A stretch of 64,000 nt of DNA from Dicyema japonicum (taxonomy: Eukaryota > Animalia > Dicyemida). The position numbers and the translations under genes were made by a program. The stretch is from contig RDEW01000008.1 in NCBI GenBank assembly GCA_011109175.1, positions 5,228 to 69,227 on the forward strand. Reading direction: 5' to 3'. This document shows positions 25,050-37,475 of the stretch, in pieces (the stretch's first letter is position 1; every line of letters starts with the position of its first letter). The notes beneath the pieces are model-generated. The model had not been told where the DNA came from. It did not search any database and worked only from the letters and a program-made list of their open reading frames with translations.

Positions 25050-26590
25050 AAACTCTAAGTTTTTGAATTTAGGTCGAACAGAATCATTTTGGAAAAGATG
25101 TACTAGTAAGAGGTACAATGTTCTAAATAATAAAAGTTACTGCTATGATTGATTGGATCTTAGTGTAATATTTTTGCTTTTAGGTTTAGGTGGATCTCCA
25201 TTGAAGAGTAAATGAAAAAAGACATGAACACTATGAGAGTCAGAGAGCTCATTATGCAATCAGATAAACACTCAGAAATGAGAACTGTCTTGTTAAGATG
25301 AAAAAACTAATTTCAAGGTTTCCGCATGCGAGCTTGATGTCTGGCATTGTACCTTCTATTTTTCTTTTGGAGAGAAATTTCTCACTATGAATCCTCCGGA
25401 TTCAGAGTCACTCTCGGAAAATGTTCCTCTCAAACTATCTTAATAAGGATCCCGAAGGCTTTGAGTCCTTTTCCACCACAATTGAAAATGCTGACGTTTT
25501 CAACATGGGGCGAGAATGAAATATGCATGTCAAAAGTCACCCCGAGGAACTTTCGAGATTTTCTGAAAGGAATAGCTTCATTGTTTGCCTTCAGTTCGAC
25601 CGTCCGTCTTCCCAGTCTCTTGTCTGAAGTAAATAGGGTTGTGACAGAGTTTTCACTGCTGGCAGTTAGGCGATTCTTCGATAGCTATTGGTCAAGACGG
25701 TTCAGATTTTCTTGCAATCTAGAAGTGGCAATCTGGATGTCCTGATCACGTAACGCAATTACGATGTCGTCTGCATAAGTCAGAATAATATCATTTTCTG
25801 CGTCTGGTGTGGGGAGGTCCGCCATGAATAGGATGAATAAAACTAGAGACAAAGGGGATCATTGGGAACACTATTAGAAATGAGCCGTGAAATAGACATT
25901 GAATGGCCATGCATACGCGTTTTTATCGGAAGTTAGCTAGCCAGAGATTAAGCTTTCCAGGGATCTTTGATAGATTTTCCAAGAATCCTCCTTAACACAG
26001 AGTCAAAAGCTTTGTGGATGTCTATGAAGCAAAGTACAGTCTTCATGTGTCCCGTCTTGTGCGAGAAACCATATTGTATGAAGTTAGTCAATGCAGATAA
26101 GTGGGTCGAAGTAGACCTCCCCTCTTTAAAACCATGTTGAAATGACAAAGAAAATTTTTGATTTTCGCAAGAACCAGCCTTTCCAGAATTTTCGACACCG
26201 AACACAATAACGCGACCGGTCATTATGAAGCCGGGTCATTCTTCACTTTTCTGGGTTTCAAAATTGGAAGTAAGTGGACAAGCTTCCATTAGGCTAAAAT
26301 AGAATTTTTGATAATAAAGTGGTTGAATATCCTCGTTATCATAGTTTTCAAAATTCTTTAGGATGATCATTGGGATCTTATCCGGTCCGTTATAATAGGT
26401 TGTTTTAATGGCTTTCAATACATATTTCACGTCGTTTTCAGTGAAGTGAATCATATCCGGGTTTTTTCGGTTCACTGAGATATTTCGGGGATACATCCGA
26501 CTTTTTAGGTCCTTATGAGATATTTTCACATAATATTTTGTTAGGTTATTTAAGTCCTTTTGGCTGTGATTTACCTCGGACGATCTTTCA
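25050..26590 (-). mobile_element. Jockey/I-group LINE RT fragment
   Basis: GPDKIP, QHGFKEGRSTSTHL, DIHKAFDSV and LTYADDIVI motifs, with frameshifts. Confidence 0.85.
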
Positions 26591-26604
26591 TTTTTGTGTA
26601 CTTT

Positions 26605-27210
26605 AATAATAATATCTGCAATAGCGACATTATTCGGAAACCTGGAATGTTCGAATAGCTTTAGATAAGGTCACATATCTAACGGTGAGGGAACTCGTAC
26701 AGAGCCTCCGTAAAATAATTCTCTAAGCCACGGCATAGATAGTTTGTTTAGTGGAATATCAAATTTTATAAGTGCTCTAGTTACTTGTAGAGCCCAATCA
26801 TCATTTTTGAATATTGGTCAATGTGTGTTTGGTGCTATTCGGTCAGATTATCTAGAAAAAATAATTGTTGTATCGCAAAACTCAATGAATTTTTATCAAA
26901 ATGAATTTTGATGGGAATTTACAAATTGCTTTTTCTCGCATTTTATATTACACAAACAGAGTCGACAATATAGCGCACCATCCTCAAGAATCATAAATTC
27001 TTTAGGATAATACTTTACAATGGCCTTAGCTTTAATTTGGTACGATTTTGCTATCTTAGAAAATTAATAAATTAAATCAAAAATTATAAGGTTAAAATAA
27101 TTTTAACTTTATAATTTTAAATTTTAACTTTTTAAACAAATAATTTTGTTTACTATACATTTATTTATTATAAAATATAGTTAAAAACCATTTTAATGAT
27201 TATTTATTGT
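26605..27210 (-). mobile_element. Internally deleted copy of the 13996-17544 hAT family
   Basis: It joins sequence matching about 14375-14445 directly to about 15090-15460, then continues into sequence matching about 17390-17510. Confidence 0.8.
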
Positions 27211-27398
27211 CGTATAGCATCACGTCCGGGTAAAGTATCACGTCCGGGCTGATAAGTCTTACTTATCATTCTAAAACAAATGGTTACCGGCTTCTTTTCG
27301 GAGGAAAAACGAAATTTTTAATTTCGTCCAAAAACATGTTCGACGTAGTATGGGAAAAAAGGGAGACCTTGACATCGGTTCCCGATTTTCAGATTAAT

Positions 27399-28082
27399 TA
27401 GGGTGAATTAAAGAATGGATTAGGGTCTATTTGAGAAGGAGTTAAGGAATATTAGAGAGTGGATTAGGGTGTATTAGAGAATGTGTTAGGGTAAATAAAA
27501 GAATGAATTATGGTGTATTAGAGAATGGATTTGGATGTATTAGAGAATGGATTAGGGTGAATTATAAGAATGAATTATGGTGTGTTAGAGAATAGATTTG
27601 GATGTATTATAGAATGGATTAGGGTGAATTATAAGAATGAATTATGGTGTATTAGAGAATGGATTTGGATGTATTAGAGAATGGATTAGGGTGAATTATA
27701 AGAATGAATTATGGTGTGTTAGAGAATGGATTTGGATGTATTATAGAATGGATTAGGGTGAATTATAAGAATGAATTATGGTGTATTAGAGAATGGATTT
27801 GGATGTATTAGAGAATGGATTAGGGTGAATTAAAGATGTTATGGTGTGTTAGAGAATGGATTTGGATGTATTATAGAATGGATTAGGGTGAATTATAAGA
27901 ATGAATTATGGTGTGTTAGAGAATGGATTTGGATGTATTATAGAATGGATTAGGGTGAATTAAAAGATGTGTTAGGGTAAATTAGAGAATGAGTTATGTT
28001 GTATTAGAGAATGGATTAGGGTAATTACGAGTTAGTTTGAATTAGAAAATGAGTTAGGGTGAATAAGAGAATGGGTTAGGGC
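27399..28082 (+). repeat. Hierarchical satellite (22-23 bp monomers, 67-bp trimer, 134-bp alternation) containing TTAGGG
   Basis: Monomers are GAATGGATTAGGGTGAATTATAA, GAATGAATTATGGTGT(A/G)TTAGA and GAATGGATTTGGATGTATTA(G/T)A. Confidence 0.95.
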
Positions 28083-28129
28083 AATAAAATCAAAAAGATT
28101 AACTCTGGAGAGGTCTTAAAGGAGAATTA

Positions 28130-29340
28130 TATTGAAAACGATGAGACTACCTCTGGAGGGTTTTAAAGAATAGCTGTATTGAAAATGTTTAGGATCTGTC
28201 TCTGAAGCTCCTTTTGAATACTCTGGGAATGCTTTTATACAAATCACTGTTATGTCAAATATGGGAGCCATCAAAATCTCCAACTTACTGTACTCGTTCG
28301 ACCGACAGGGTCTATCAGATTGAGTCACAAAGGCTCCGGCATCTTCCACCTCGAATTCACGAAGGAGGAGGACAAAAGGAACTTTTGTGAACATGTGAAT
28401 GCCACTTCACCTTTTGGTCTTGGAAACCATTGTTTCAGTGAAATCCGAGTGAAACCGTCCGAAATTGTGTTGAAGAACTTGCCATTTTGGGTTGATGATA
28501 ACGACCTTCATGAATTTGTCAAGGAAATAGTTCCTCTACTACAAGCATATGCCGTTTTACAAGGGAGATAAGAGATTCCCTCTTGCAAAAGTTTTAGTTG
28601 GATCAAGGGCGGAGGCTACATCGCTTGTCCGTCTTGGTTTCAACATTGCGCACGTGCAATTACATGTGAATGGTACAGAAGAGGCCCACCTATATGTTTC
28701 AAATGCCAACGCTATGGACACATATCCTCCTTCTGTAGGGAGAAGACAAGATGTCTCCGTTGTGCAGGGGAACACGACTTGACTGCTTGTGGAGAGACTC
28801 CTGGAACACTATGAATTGTATAAATTGTGGCTCGTCCTCACATTAGCCAGATATGGTGGATGCCCAGCCGCCAAGAAATCTGATCAGAGGAAAGCAACTA
28901 AAGGCGATAATTGGCGATATTGGAGAATGTGGACAGCAAAGACAGTTATGTCAAAGTCGGCACCTAAAATTTGTCGAAAACCGAACGATGTCTCACCCAA
29001 TCTATCAGAGAAAATACACGCTAAAATATCGGAGATTATGTCGCGGTTAAACTATTTGTGCTCGATTGCACATGTGGATTTAATGGAAACGGAGACCTTG
29101 GCTTTGAAGAAACAAGGTCACCTAAATGTTTGAAGCAAGGACTAAAAATAGTGCTAGTGAATGCCCGATCCCTAGGGAAAAGCATAATGAACTAGCACTA
29201 CTTGCGAGGGCCTCCAAGATCGACATCTTGGTGGTCAATGAGACGAAATTAAAAAAAGCGAAAGAGTAATATAATGACTGGATACAATTCTGTGGACATT
29301 TTATGGAAGGCTGGAGCAGTTGCTGGTACGGGAACGTCTA
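28130..29340 (+). mobile_element. LINE 5' half: gag-like ORF1 with three CCHC knuckles plus the start of the ORF2 APE
   Basis: CFKCQRYGHISSFC, CLRCAGEHDLTAC and CINCGSSSH, then LKIVLVNARSL...IDILVVNETKL. Frameshifted. Confidence 0.85.
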
Positions 29341-29346
29341 TTTTCT

Positions 29347-29551
29347 GGAGTGCGGAAAAAAAGTCAAGTCCGTAAGGGAAAAAAAGTCAAGCGGAAAAAA
29401 GTCAAGTATTGAAAAAATTATTAAAAATTAAAAGATGCTAGTAGTATCACAAAAATGCGATATAAACTAAAAAAAGACAACTTGACTTTTTTCCGCTTGA
29501 CTTTTTTTAATTTCGTCCGTAATTTCGTTAACGGACTTGACTTTTTTTCCG
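29347..29551. mobile_element. Foldback/MITE element with GGAGTGCGG end and GGAAAAAAAGTCAAG subterminal repeats
   Basis: Three repeats on each side in inverted orientation. The core is the reverse complement of the core at 48620-48700. Confidence 0.8.
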
Positions 29552-30202
29552 TTTATAAATTAAGATTTTTATTCATGATCGTTTCATTTTAAAGTAAGCG
29601 AGTTTAGAATTACAAATTATTTAAATAGTTAATTTTAGCTAATGTTAATGCTTTAGCTTGTAATTGCATTAAAATGTCCCCACAACTAAAACTACACGTG
29701 GTGGAAATAAATTCTAAAAATAAAACAGATTTTTTTCTAAAAAATGTTATAAACATATGATTTTTATTTAACGTGAATCAAGGGATTATTTAATGTAAAT
29801 CAAAAGAATGTTTAATACTCCATGCAATTGCTTTTAGGGCTTCTCCTACTGTTTTTTCCCGTCCTGGCGATCCAGACATATATTTAAAAGCCTTTTTTGT
29901 CTATCAATCGTTTTTTTATTTGTTCTTGTTGAAATTCTTTTTCCAAAGGAATCCTGGTCAATAATAGTTTTCGTCATTTTTTCTTCTTTTTGGAATGACG
30001 ATATAATATTACATATCGATGGATGACGATATCCCGTCAAATTGTATAATTTATTGTTCCACCCTTTACAATAGTTATTTGTTCTTTGTTTATTATTGAG
30101 TGTAGCTTCATACACATTCCATAAATTTGGAGGAAACAATGGAGCAATGTGCTGTATTCTAACAGCTAAGGGGTTTTCTCGATCATTTAAGCAACGATAA
30201 TA

Positions 30203-31935
30203 TGTCACATGGGCGGCGCGTAACGCATGGGGCAGCCTGTTACATTTTTTTCGACCTTGAAAAGGTCTTTTGATTATCCGACATTATTATTATTAATGTC
30301 ACTGGGTCAAAAGAAAGAAATAAAAGTTCTCATCTAACTAAGTGATCCCAGACCGACAAAGATGAGGATGAGTCCCTCATTGGATTATCCGACATTTAAT
30401 TTTATATATCCGATTTATATCTTGATTTAATCCTGTTAAATTAGTTTTTTATTTATAAATGTTATGATTATAAAGATTTTATTTTTTATAGCGGTAAACC
30501 TAGATTTCTAGCGTGATGTATAGCATGGAAGATTATTTTTGCAATGGCTTCTTACAAGGGTTTTGTGAAAGATTGTGTTGAATATCAAACTTTAAAAGAT
30601 GCTTTGCATTATAAATTTCCCGAAAATCTTCCGAGACACCGAAAATATAGGCTTGTAAAGAAGATAGAGAATTTTTCTATTATCAATGACAGGTATTGTA
30701 AATTTGCAATAATTTTAGAGTGTATCTTAAATCAACTGATCCCAAGTTAGTCATATCCCTGGATAATGAAACCGAAATGGAGCATGTTGCGAAATCGTTG
30801 CACAAGTTTTCACACGGAGGAGTCAATAAAATTGAGTATGAATCTCGACACACATACTTCACTGTAAAGAATGAGATTATCAGAAAAGTCATTCGAAATT
30901 GTGAAGTCTTCAAATTTTCGCTGGTAAAGAAGTATGTGAAAATTTAAGATCTTTGTTCCGCCTGAATGGGCCATGTAAATTTCTTCAATGGTTCTGAATT
31001 TAAAAATCAAGAAATAACAAAACTTTGCGGAGATTTTAACATTAAGCAAATTCACGGAAGGCCTAACAATCCACGAGCACAAGAAATTGTCGAAAGATTT
31101 AATCAGACGATCACGAGGAAGTTGTCAAAAATGCTGGATAACAGTGAAAAAAAGTGGCTTGATAAATTAGAAAGTGCTGTCTACAGTTACAACATATCGG
31201 TCCATTCATTTTCTAACGAAAGTCCTTTCGAAAGATATCCAGGAATTAAGGGAATAAATTCAATAATTAATGGTTATACTTATATCACATTATGACTTAG
31301 ATAATTTAAGTGATGAGTGTGCGATTCCAGAACAAATTGACGATTTGGTTAATTGTTCGACTCCAGAATCTATTGAAAATTCACGTAGTTTGATTTAAAA
31401 AATTTATATCTAGATAATTCCCAGTCAGATAATTTGTGTCCGAATGCAAAGAGATTCAATTTCGAAATTAAATCGATTGAAGAAAATTCAAATTATTACA
31501 AAGCTATGAACAGGAAAATGAATGTTCATAATAGTAAATATACTTTTAACATGGGAGATAAAGTATGAATCAAAAACATTAATAAATAGGTTCGGGCTAA
31601 AAAGGACTTTGGAACAAATCCCTCATTGCGACTGGATAAGTTTGAGTCTCAGTATTATCCAGTTGCAGAAATAATTAATATTTTATCGAATAATCGCGTG
31701 GAGGTAGTTTTAAATAGTTTAATTTGATAGATAAAAAATTCGAAAGGAGAAATATCGACTGTATTAATGAGTAGACTAAAAAAAGTTACTTAAATTTAAT
31801 TTTTTGTGGTTAATAAATCATTTATAAAATAATTGAAGTTAATCTTGGTTCAAGGTTATAAAATTAATTGAAGTTAATCTTGGTTCAAGGTTAATGTAAC
31901 AGGCTGCCCATAGGTAACGCTTGGCCCATGTGACA
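30203..31935 (+). mobile_element. Ginger-like DNA transposon copy 2, both TIRs present
   Basis: Imperfect TIRs of about 44 bp (TGTCACATGGGC...GCCCATGTGACA) and a 5-bp TSD TAATA. The integrase runs from ATG 30544 to about 31790, with introns at 30693-30718 and 31704-31730 and an internal deletion. Confidence 0.92.
30286..30382 (-). mobile_element. SINE-like element copy (internally deleted)
   Basis: 14-bp TSD GATTATCCGACATT and (TAA)n tail. It is absent from the equivalent site of Ginger copy 1 (about 2135-2150). Confidence 0.9.
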
Positions 31936-32074
31936 TAATAACCGCGAACATATGTTCTATCAAAATAATCTAATATATTTTGAATCTGGAACATTTTCTG
32001 GCATTTATGTCGCGAGCGTTACTTGCAACTATCCGCTACCTGCAATATCGATTTTTTGAATTTTTTGAATTTAC

Positions 32075-32450
32075 CTTTTAGTAATGATACGATTCGTCAC
32101 CGAATTGACGAAATGGCTGAAAGCGTCTGAAATTCCTTAAAAAATATACTTAGAAAAACTGTTTTTTTCTTGCAGATTGACGAATGTTTGGTATGTGATA
32201 ATAAATCTATATTAATGGCCTATGTTAGGTAGGTATTTTAAATAATATTTTGTTTAGATTTTTTGACAAAAAAGTAGTTTTTTGTGAAGAGGTTTTTGTT
32301 TATCAGACCTTTGATAACAGATTCTATCGAGAGTCAATTTTTTAATGTATTGAAAACGTATTTTGAAGAAAAATTAATTCCATTTTCTAATTTAATCACA
32401 TGTGCTACAGACGGTGCAATGGCCATGGTTGGGAAATGTTTAAAAAATGC
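32075..32450 (+). mobile_element. Buster/SCAND3-like hAT transposase relic
   Basis: SNDTIRHRIDEMA, LQIDEC...LMAYVR and CATDGAMAMVGK. Confidence 0.8.
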
Positions 32451-35069
32451 TGAACCAAATCTGGCACTTGGCTTGCACTCAAGACCCTGCATTACTCTAT
32501 CCCGTCAACAGACTGATCTATCTGAACAATATAGCGAAATACGAGGCAATCCTTATTGACAGATTTCTATTAATTTTACTGTTTCACTTATTCGTTATAA
32601 GTAAATTTAATGACTTGTTCAATATACCGGCATCCCTTCTATACCGAACAAATCTGTTCGGTCCCGAGAGTAATCGGTTTAGAGGGGTTTGACTGTACTG
32701 AGGACCCGGGGTCAATCTACGTATCCGAGCTGATGAGTCAAACTTATCAGTCCAAAACATATGGTTACAGGGGTCTTAATAAAACCAAAGGAATCACAAT
32801 ATATTTCCATGATAGACACAAGTATTGAACAATTGCACATCATCAAAAGGATTGAAAACGTAGCAAAGCCAAAAGTTCTAAAATCTATTAATAATAAAAA
32901 AAAATCTATTATTATTGCAGATAGATAGATACTTTATTAACGTAACAAACTCGTTACTAATTAAAAAACTAATTAAAAAGGGAAGATGTGAAAAGAAAGC
33001 AGGTATTCCAACCTCCAAATATTTACCTTTAGTATAGAATCCGATTGGAGCTCCAACAATTGCATTTGTAAACTTCTATCTGCATCGGAAGCATTAAAAG
33101 CGAATGATAATGTAAATAATGAAAATTCTCGTTCAAATAGAAAATGAGTTAGGTAACTAAGAGAATGGGTTAGGGTGAGTTAGAGCATCGTTGTTTCTGG
33201 ATTTGGTTGGATTTGGTCGGCACGAGCAGATGTTCTTCCTTTGGTTCCTTCCTTGATTAGTTAGTTATGACTGTTTGTGCTGGGTTTAAAATGGTAAGCC
33301 TGGGTTAATAATAATAACTAATAAAGTTCTCCCCTCGTTGAGACACACTGCTATAGAGTACAGGCCACTAACGGTTTTCTACTCCCTTACAATGTTTTGA
33401 CGACCAAAGACATGAGCAAGCAACCATACGCTTCGGGTCTCTCTTCCCTGAGCTCCTGTCAAGTCCTAGTCAAGGTGATTCTTCAACTCATTACAGAATC
33501 ACCAGAGATCAAAAATACAGAGTATCATGAAATTAGGCCACGGAGCAGTGAAACATTTACAAAATCTTGCGCGAAAATAAATTCGAGAAACTGTATAGTA
33601 ACTCAAATCAACACCTGCGCTACTGTCTGGTTGTTGCGAGATTCAAGATGATTAGTGCTTGGACCTCGACGACGATACAGTCCGCATCGGGATCTATGTC
33701 CTACTAAGGAAGAAAATATGTTAAACACACAAGTGCTTAAAAATGAAAGATGAATTCGAGATCTATTGCCATATAGAACTAGGAATCGAAGTGGATGATC
33801 TCTGGAAGTGACCTGACTCAGCAGGATGCTTCCTATTAATTGTAGTATCCAGCAAAACTGTGGTTACTAACTTAAAAAGCTTGCTCCCACATTTTTATTC
33901 AGTCTACCTACTTCCCACTGTTTATGAAAGTCTTCACAAGAAGTTGATTTCTCTCGATTCAAGCGTTCTTTGTCAGGAATGTAACTGCGAGGTTATTTGG
34001 GAGATTAAGTAGATCTTCTAGATTTCTAGATTAAGAAAATCTCGGTTTACTTTTGATTTTACCAATTTTCCAATCAGAGCAGAATTGCTGTAGATTTTCG
34101 TTAAATTGTCAATTTTGAAAATGCGCTTTACCCCCTGAATAGGCTAAGAAAAAGGGAGGTATTAATTCAGCCAATTAAGTGTTTCCAGTCACCTTGGTCT
34201 ACAAGTATGAAATTCATAAAGAACAAGCACAAACAAATTTTCATAAAATATGGATAATCCTAATTTATCTTTACTAATCTCAAATGACTCATCAAAGTTA
34301 GGACGTTATATTTGTAGCAATGGTCCTGACTTCAAACCAATCAAATGTTTCTTTCTTATGCTTTTTTTCTTTCATCTTTCGTTCAATTAGCGTGAGGTCA
34401 TGGGATTACAATAGTTGGAAGTGAATACACATAAGTGAACACTTGAGATTCCCTGTAACATGATAAGGAATGCCGGAGTCAGAGTTGCAAACATGATTAC
34501 AGTGGACATCCTTTAGTGAAAGAAAAATTAGAAACCTCTTAGCTTGACATGAACCACCATAAAGTAAAAGATCTCTGAGAGAACCTTATTTGGTTATCCG
34601 CCTTCTAATGTTGGGCAGGGTCCTGTTAGCTTGGCTGGGGTTAGAGCATTTACCTTACAACTAACAACAAGCTAACAGCCCTAAAAAATATTTGCGACTG
34701 TAATTGCTGAAATAAGACTACAAAGCCTACTCATAGACAAAGTTGAAAGAAAAGATAATTCGTATAAAATATTAGTTATAGACTCAAGGGTACAATCTGA
34801 CAAGTTCGCAAGACAGCCTTATACAAATTCAGATGGCAAAATCTACAAATTACACATTTTATACTTTGATGAACAAACTGAGAGTGATTAACGTTATTTC
34901 CGCTGAAATCGGAAAGTAACGACTCAATAGTGAAGTCTTTCAGACGTATGTTCGTTCTTGGAGTCCCAGAGAAATAATACTAGAGTAAAGACACGTGACA
35001 CTAACTATGTAGGGGTTTGTGACGCAGAATCCATGGAAGTAGCAAAAAGGGAGAAAAGTTGGGAAGTAT

Positions 35070-36568
35070 TCAAAGTATGTATAAATCTAGGATTGACCAA
35101 GTGTCACTTACTGGAAAATATGGACAATAGCAGGAATCGGGGAAATGAAGTTGCTTTGAAAGGAAGCGATGCTGCGAGAATGGAGGATAATTTGATTTCT
35201 TGGTTGCTGTACGCCGCTTCTGTGGGAGAGTCATGTGATTGTATACACCGGACATCACCCGCCGACTAAGATTCCATCTATAAGGATAAGAACGGAAGGG
35301 TACGATTGAGAAACGGACGGGAGATATGTTGAATACTTAAAGAATTGATGATTGAGTGCCATTAAAGGACAGATTCGACCAACTGGATCGATCGTTAAGA
35401 CAGAGCCCAATAAGTTCATATAATTGTCAAAATCAGTGATCTGTTCGTTAATCTCTGAGTCAGGGATCCCCCAAGCTTTCATATTCCGAAAAATCACAGC
35501 AGTAGTCTATAATAAGTCAAAATTACAAGTAAACCGGTTTTGTTATTTCCACATCCTCGGGGACCGCCTCCAAATTGGGATAATAATCAAATTTGGACTA
35601 AATTTATAAATTCAGAGTACCTTTAACTTGCAGGTCGAGCAATGAAAGTAATCCTTGACCCTACTACCTGTCTTAAGCATATCTCCCGTAGGCATTCCTT
35701 GCAACTGGATGATGTATTGAAGCTGCCTAAAATGGAAGATGAGGAACCTGTTGGAATTCGTTCCCCCCGGGGAATAAGGGCTTCATCAAAAGAAGCTCAG
35801 CCACGACACATCCGACAGACCAGATGTCCACAGATTCGTTGAAATCACAACCGACGAGGATCTCTGGGGCCCTGGAGGGTCGATAAGGATGACTTTTACC
35901 TGTAAAACCGGGACTGAATGTAGGCGTAGTCATTTTTGCCGTTAATTTTCATAGCAGATCCAAAATCGATCAGTTTTATCAGAAACGGAAATCGCACGTG
36001 GTCTACCAGCATTATATTCTCTGGTTTTATGTCGGAATGTACGATTCCGTGGTGTTTCAGTTTCTGCAAGGCGTTCAGTAACAAACAAGTGATCAATAAA
36101 TCCAACCTGGAAAAAAATAGCTCGAATTCCGTAAATTGGAATTGGCCGTTGATACTCCCTGTACAGAAAATGGAAGAGACTCGTTGAGAGTAACTGGGAG
36201 ACGAAGCAAGGATGGCCGTTGTGCTCAAAAAAGTCAATATTCACGTTCATGAAGAATTTTTCTGCGTTATTTTGCTTCAGATATTCCATCAGATTATTCT
36301 TCAAAATAATCTCACTCATTACCTCAAAAATAGCACGTGTGCGACAGATCCGTTTGTTTTGGAGTACCTTGATGGCCACAGGGGTTCCCGAGTCGAGCAT
36401 AAATGCTTTGGCCACCTGTCCAAATGTCCCACGGTTGACATAGTTCGTTATCAAATATGAGGATTTTGCGGAAACAAAAATCTACGTAATGAGGAACTAA
36501 GTTACCTCATTTCTGTAAAGTTGGTAGTCATTTCTGAAAGGATTCCCTATTTTCCACGATGCTTCCAT
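35070..36568 (-). CDS. HIPK: HIPK-like (DYRK family) Ser/Thr kinase with micro-introns; 3' end uncertain
   Basis: ATG at 36568. Motifs YQLYRNE..S, RGTFGQV, VAIKVL, HSDIKPENIMLVD, IDFGSA, YIQSRFYRAPEIL, DIWSVGCV and LTIDPVGRI..ALNHQF. Introns are 24-28 nt (for example 36482-36505). Confidence 0.85.
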
Positions 36569-37322
36569 GTTGGAGTGATAAAAAACGGCACGGATGCATT
36601 ATAAAGAAATAACGGTAGTTTATTCCTAAAATTATGTTAAATCCTGTTTGAAAGGTTGCGTGACTAAAATTTGTGGAAAATTATCATTAATATGAATAAA
36701 TACACGTGATTTCAAAGGAAAGATTAGCAATGTAAAATTTTGTCGGTTAATTATTACAAATGTAAAGAATTTCGCATTGAATGCAGAATGGTAGGCTAAA
36801 CTGTCAAAAAACGCATATGTCGATTAATCGATCAAGTTGTCTGTCCACTTGCTTGGGCACTGTTCGATAAGAGGATTTGTCTCCCGTGATCTCCCAGTCC
36901 CCAGAATTTTCTAAACGTGGGATAATCGAACAGCATATTAATGGCTCAATACTAACCCCTTGTAAAATCATTAATGAAGGTCAATAATTCAGCCTGTTGT
37001 AAATTCCTTTGATTTCACAGCCTGTTATAATTAAAATCGACCTCAATTCTCATAATCTCCTGTTAATTACCCACGACTCAAACCTAAGAAGGAAATAACT
37101 TTCATTAGAGAAAGCAAATAAATTTTATCAGTTGCCATGGTTACGGATAGTCACCTCACATTTTTTGTTTGATTTTGGAGATAAAATCATTTTTTTCTTG
37201 TTCTGCCAAAATTCTTTTTGTTCTACTTATATAATAATTTGGAGGTGATCTTGATTGTATTTGCATCCACGTCGTTATTAGACTTAATAAGGGGCTTCAT
37301 TTTCGACTCCCTTAGTCTGGAC

Positions 37323-37475
37323 TTATTCAAATTACAAGTTCGAAATCTTAATGTCCTCCATTGAGATTATTCAAATTACAAGTTCGAAATTTTAATGTCC
37401 TCCATTGAGATTATTCAAATTACAAGTTCGAAATTTTAATGTCCTCCGAAATCTCAATTTCCTCCATTGAGACTT
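37323..37475. repeat. 44-bp tandem repeat, about 3 copies
   Basis: TTATTCAAATTACAAGTTCGAAAT(C/T)TTAATGTCCTCCATTGAGA twice plus a partial copy. Confidence 0.9.

Larger units (their letters stand above)
29846..32010 (-). mobile_element. MULE (Mutator-like) transposase C-terminal relic, split by a Ginger insertion
   Basis: DYFDRTYVRGY (31936-31990) rejoins YRCLND...PLFPPNLWNVY...RTNNYCKGWNN...HPSI (29846-30202). Confidence 0.8.

Noticed and set aside
27399-28082. True telomere or G-quadruplex array
   Set aside because: TTAGGG occurs only about once per 67 bp in the core, and the array is internal to the window.
34545-34580. Shared motif CATGAACCACCATAAAG with about 59335
   Set aside because: Both appear to read as decayed RTE C-terminal sequence (TTIK.RI), not a separate element.
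37323-37475. CRISPR-like array
   Set aside because: The units are directly adjacent with no spacers, the context is eukaryotic, and no cas genes are present.
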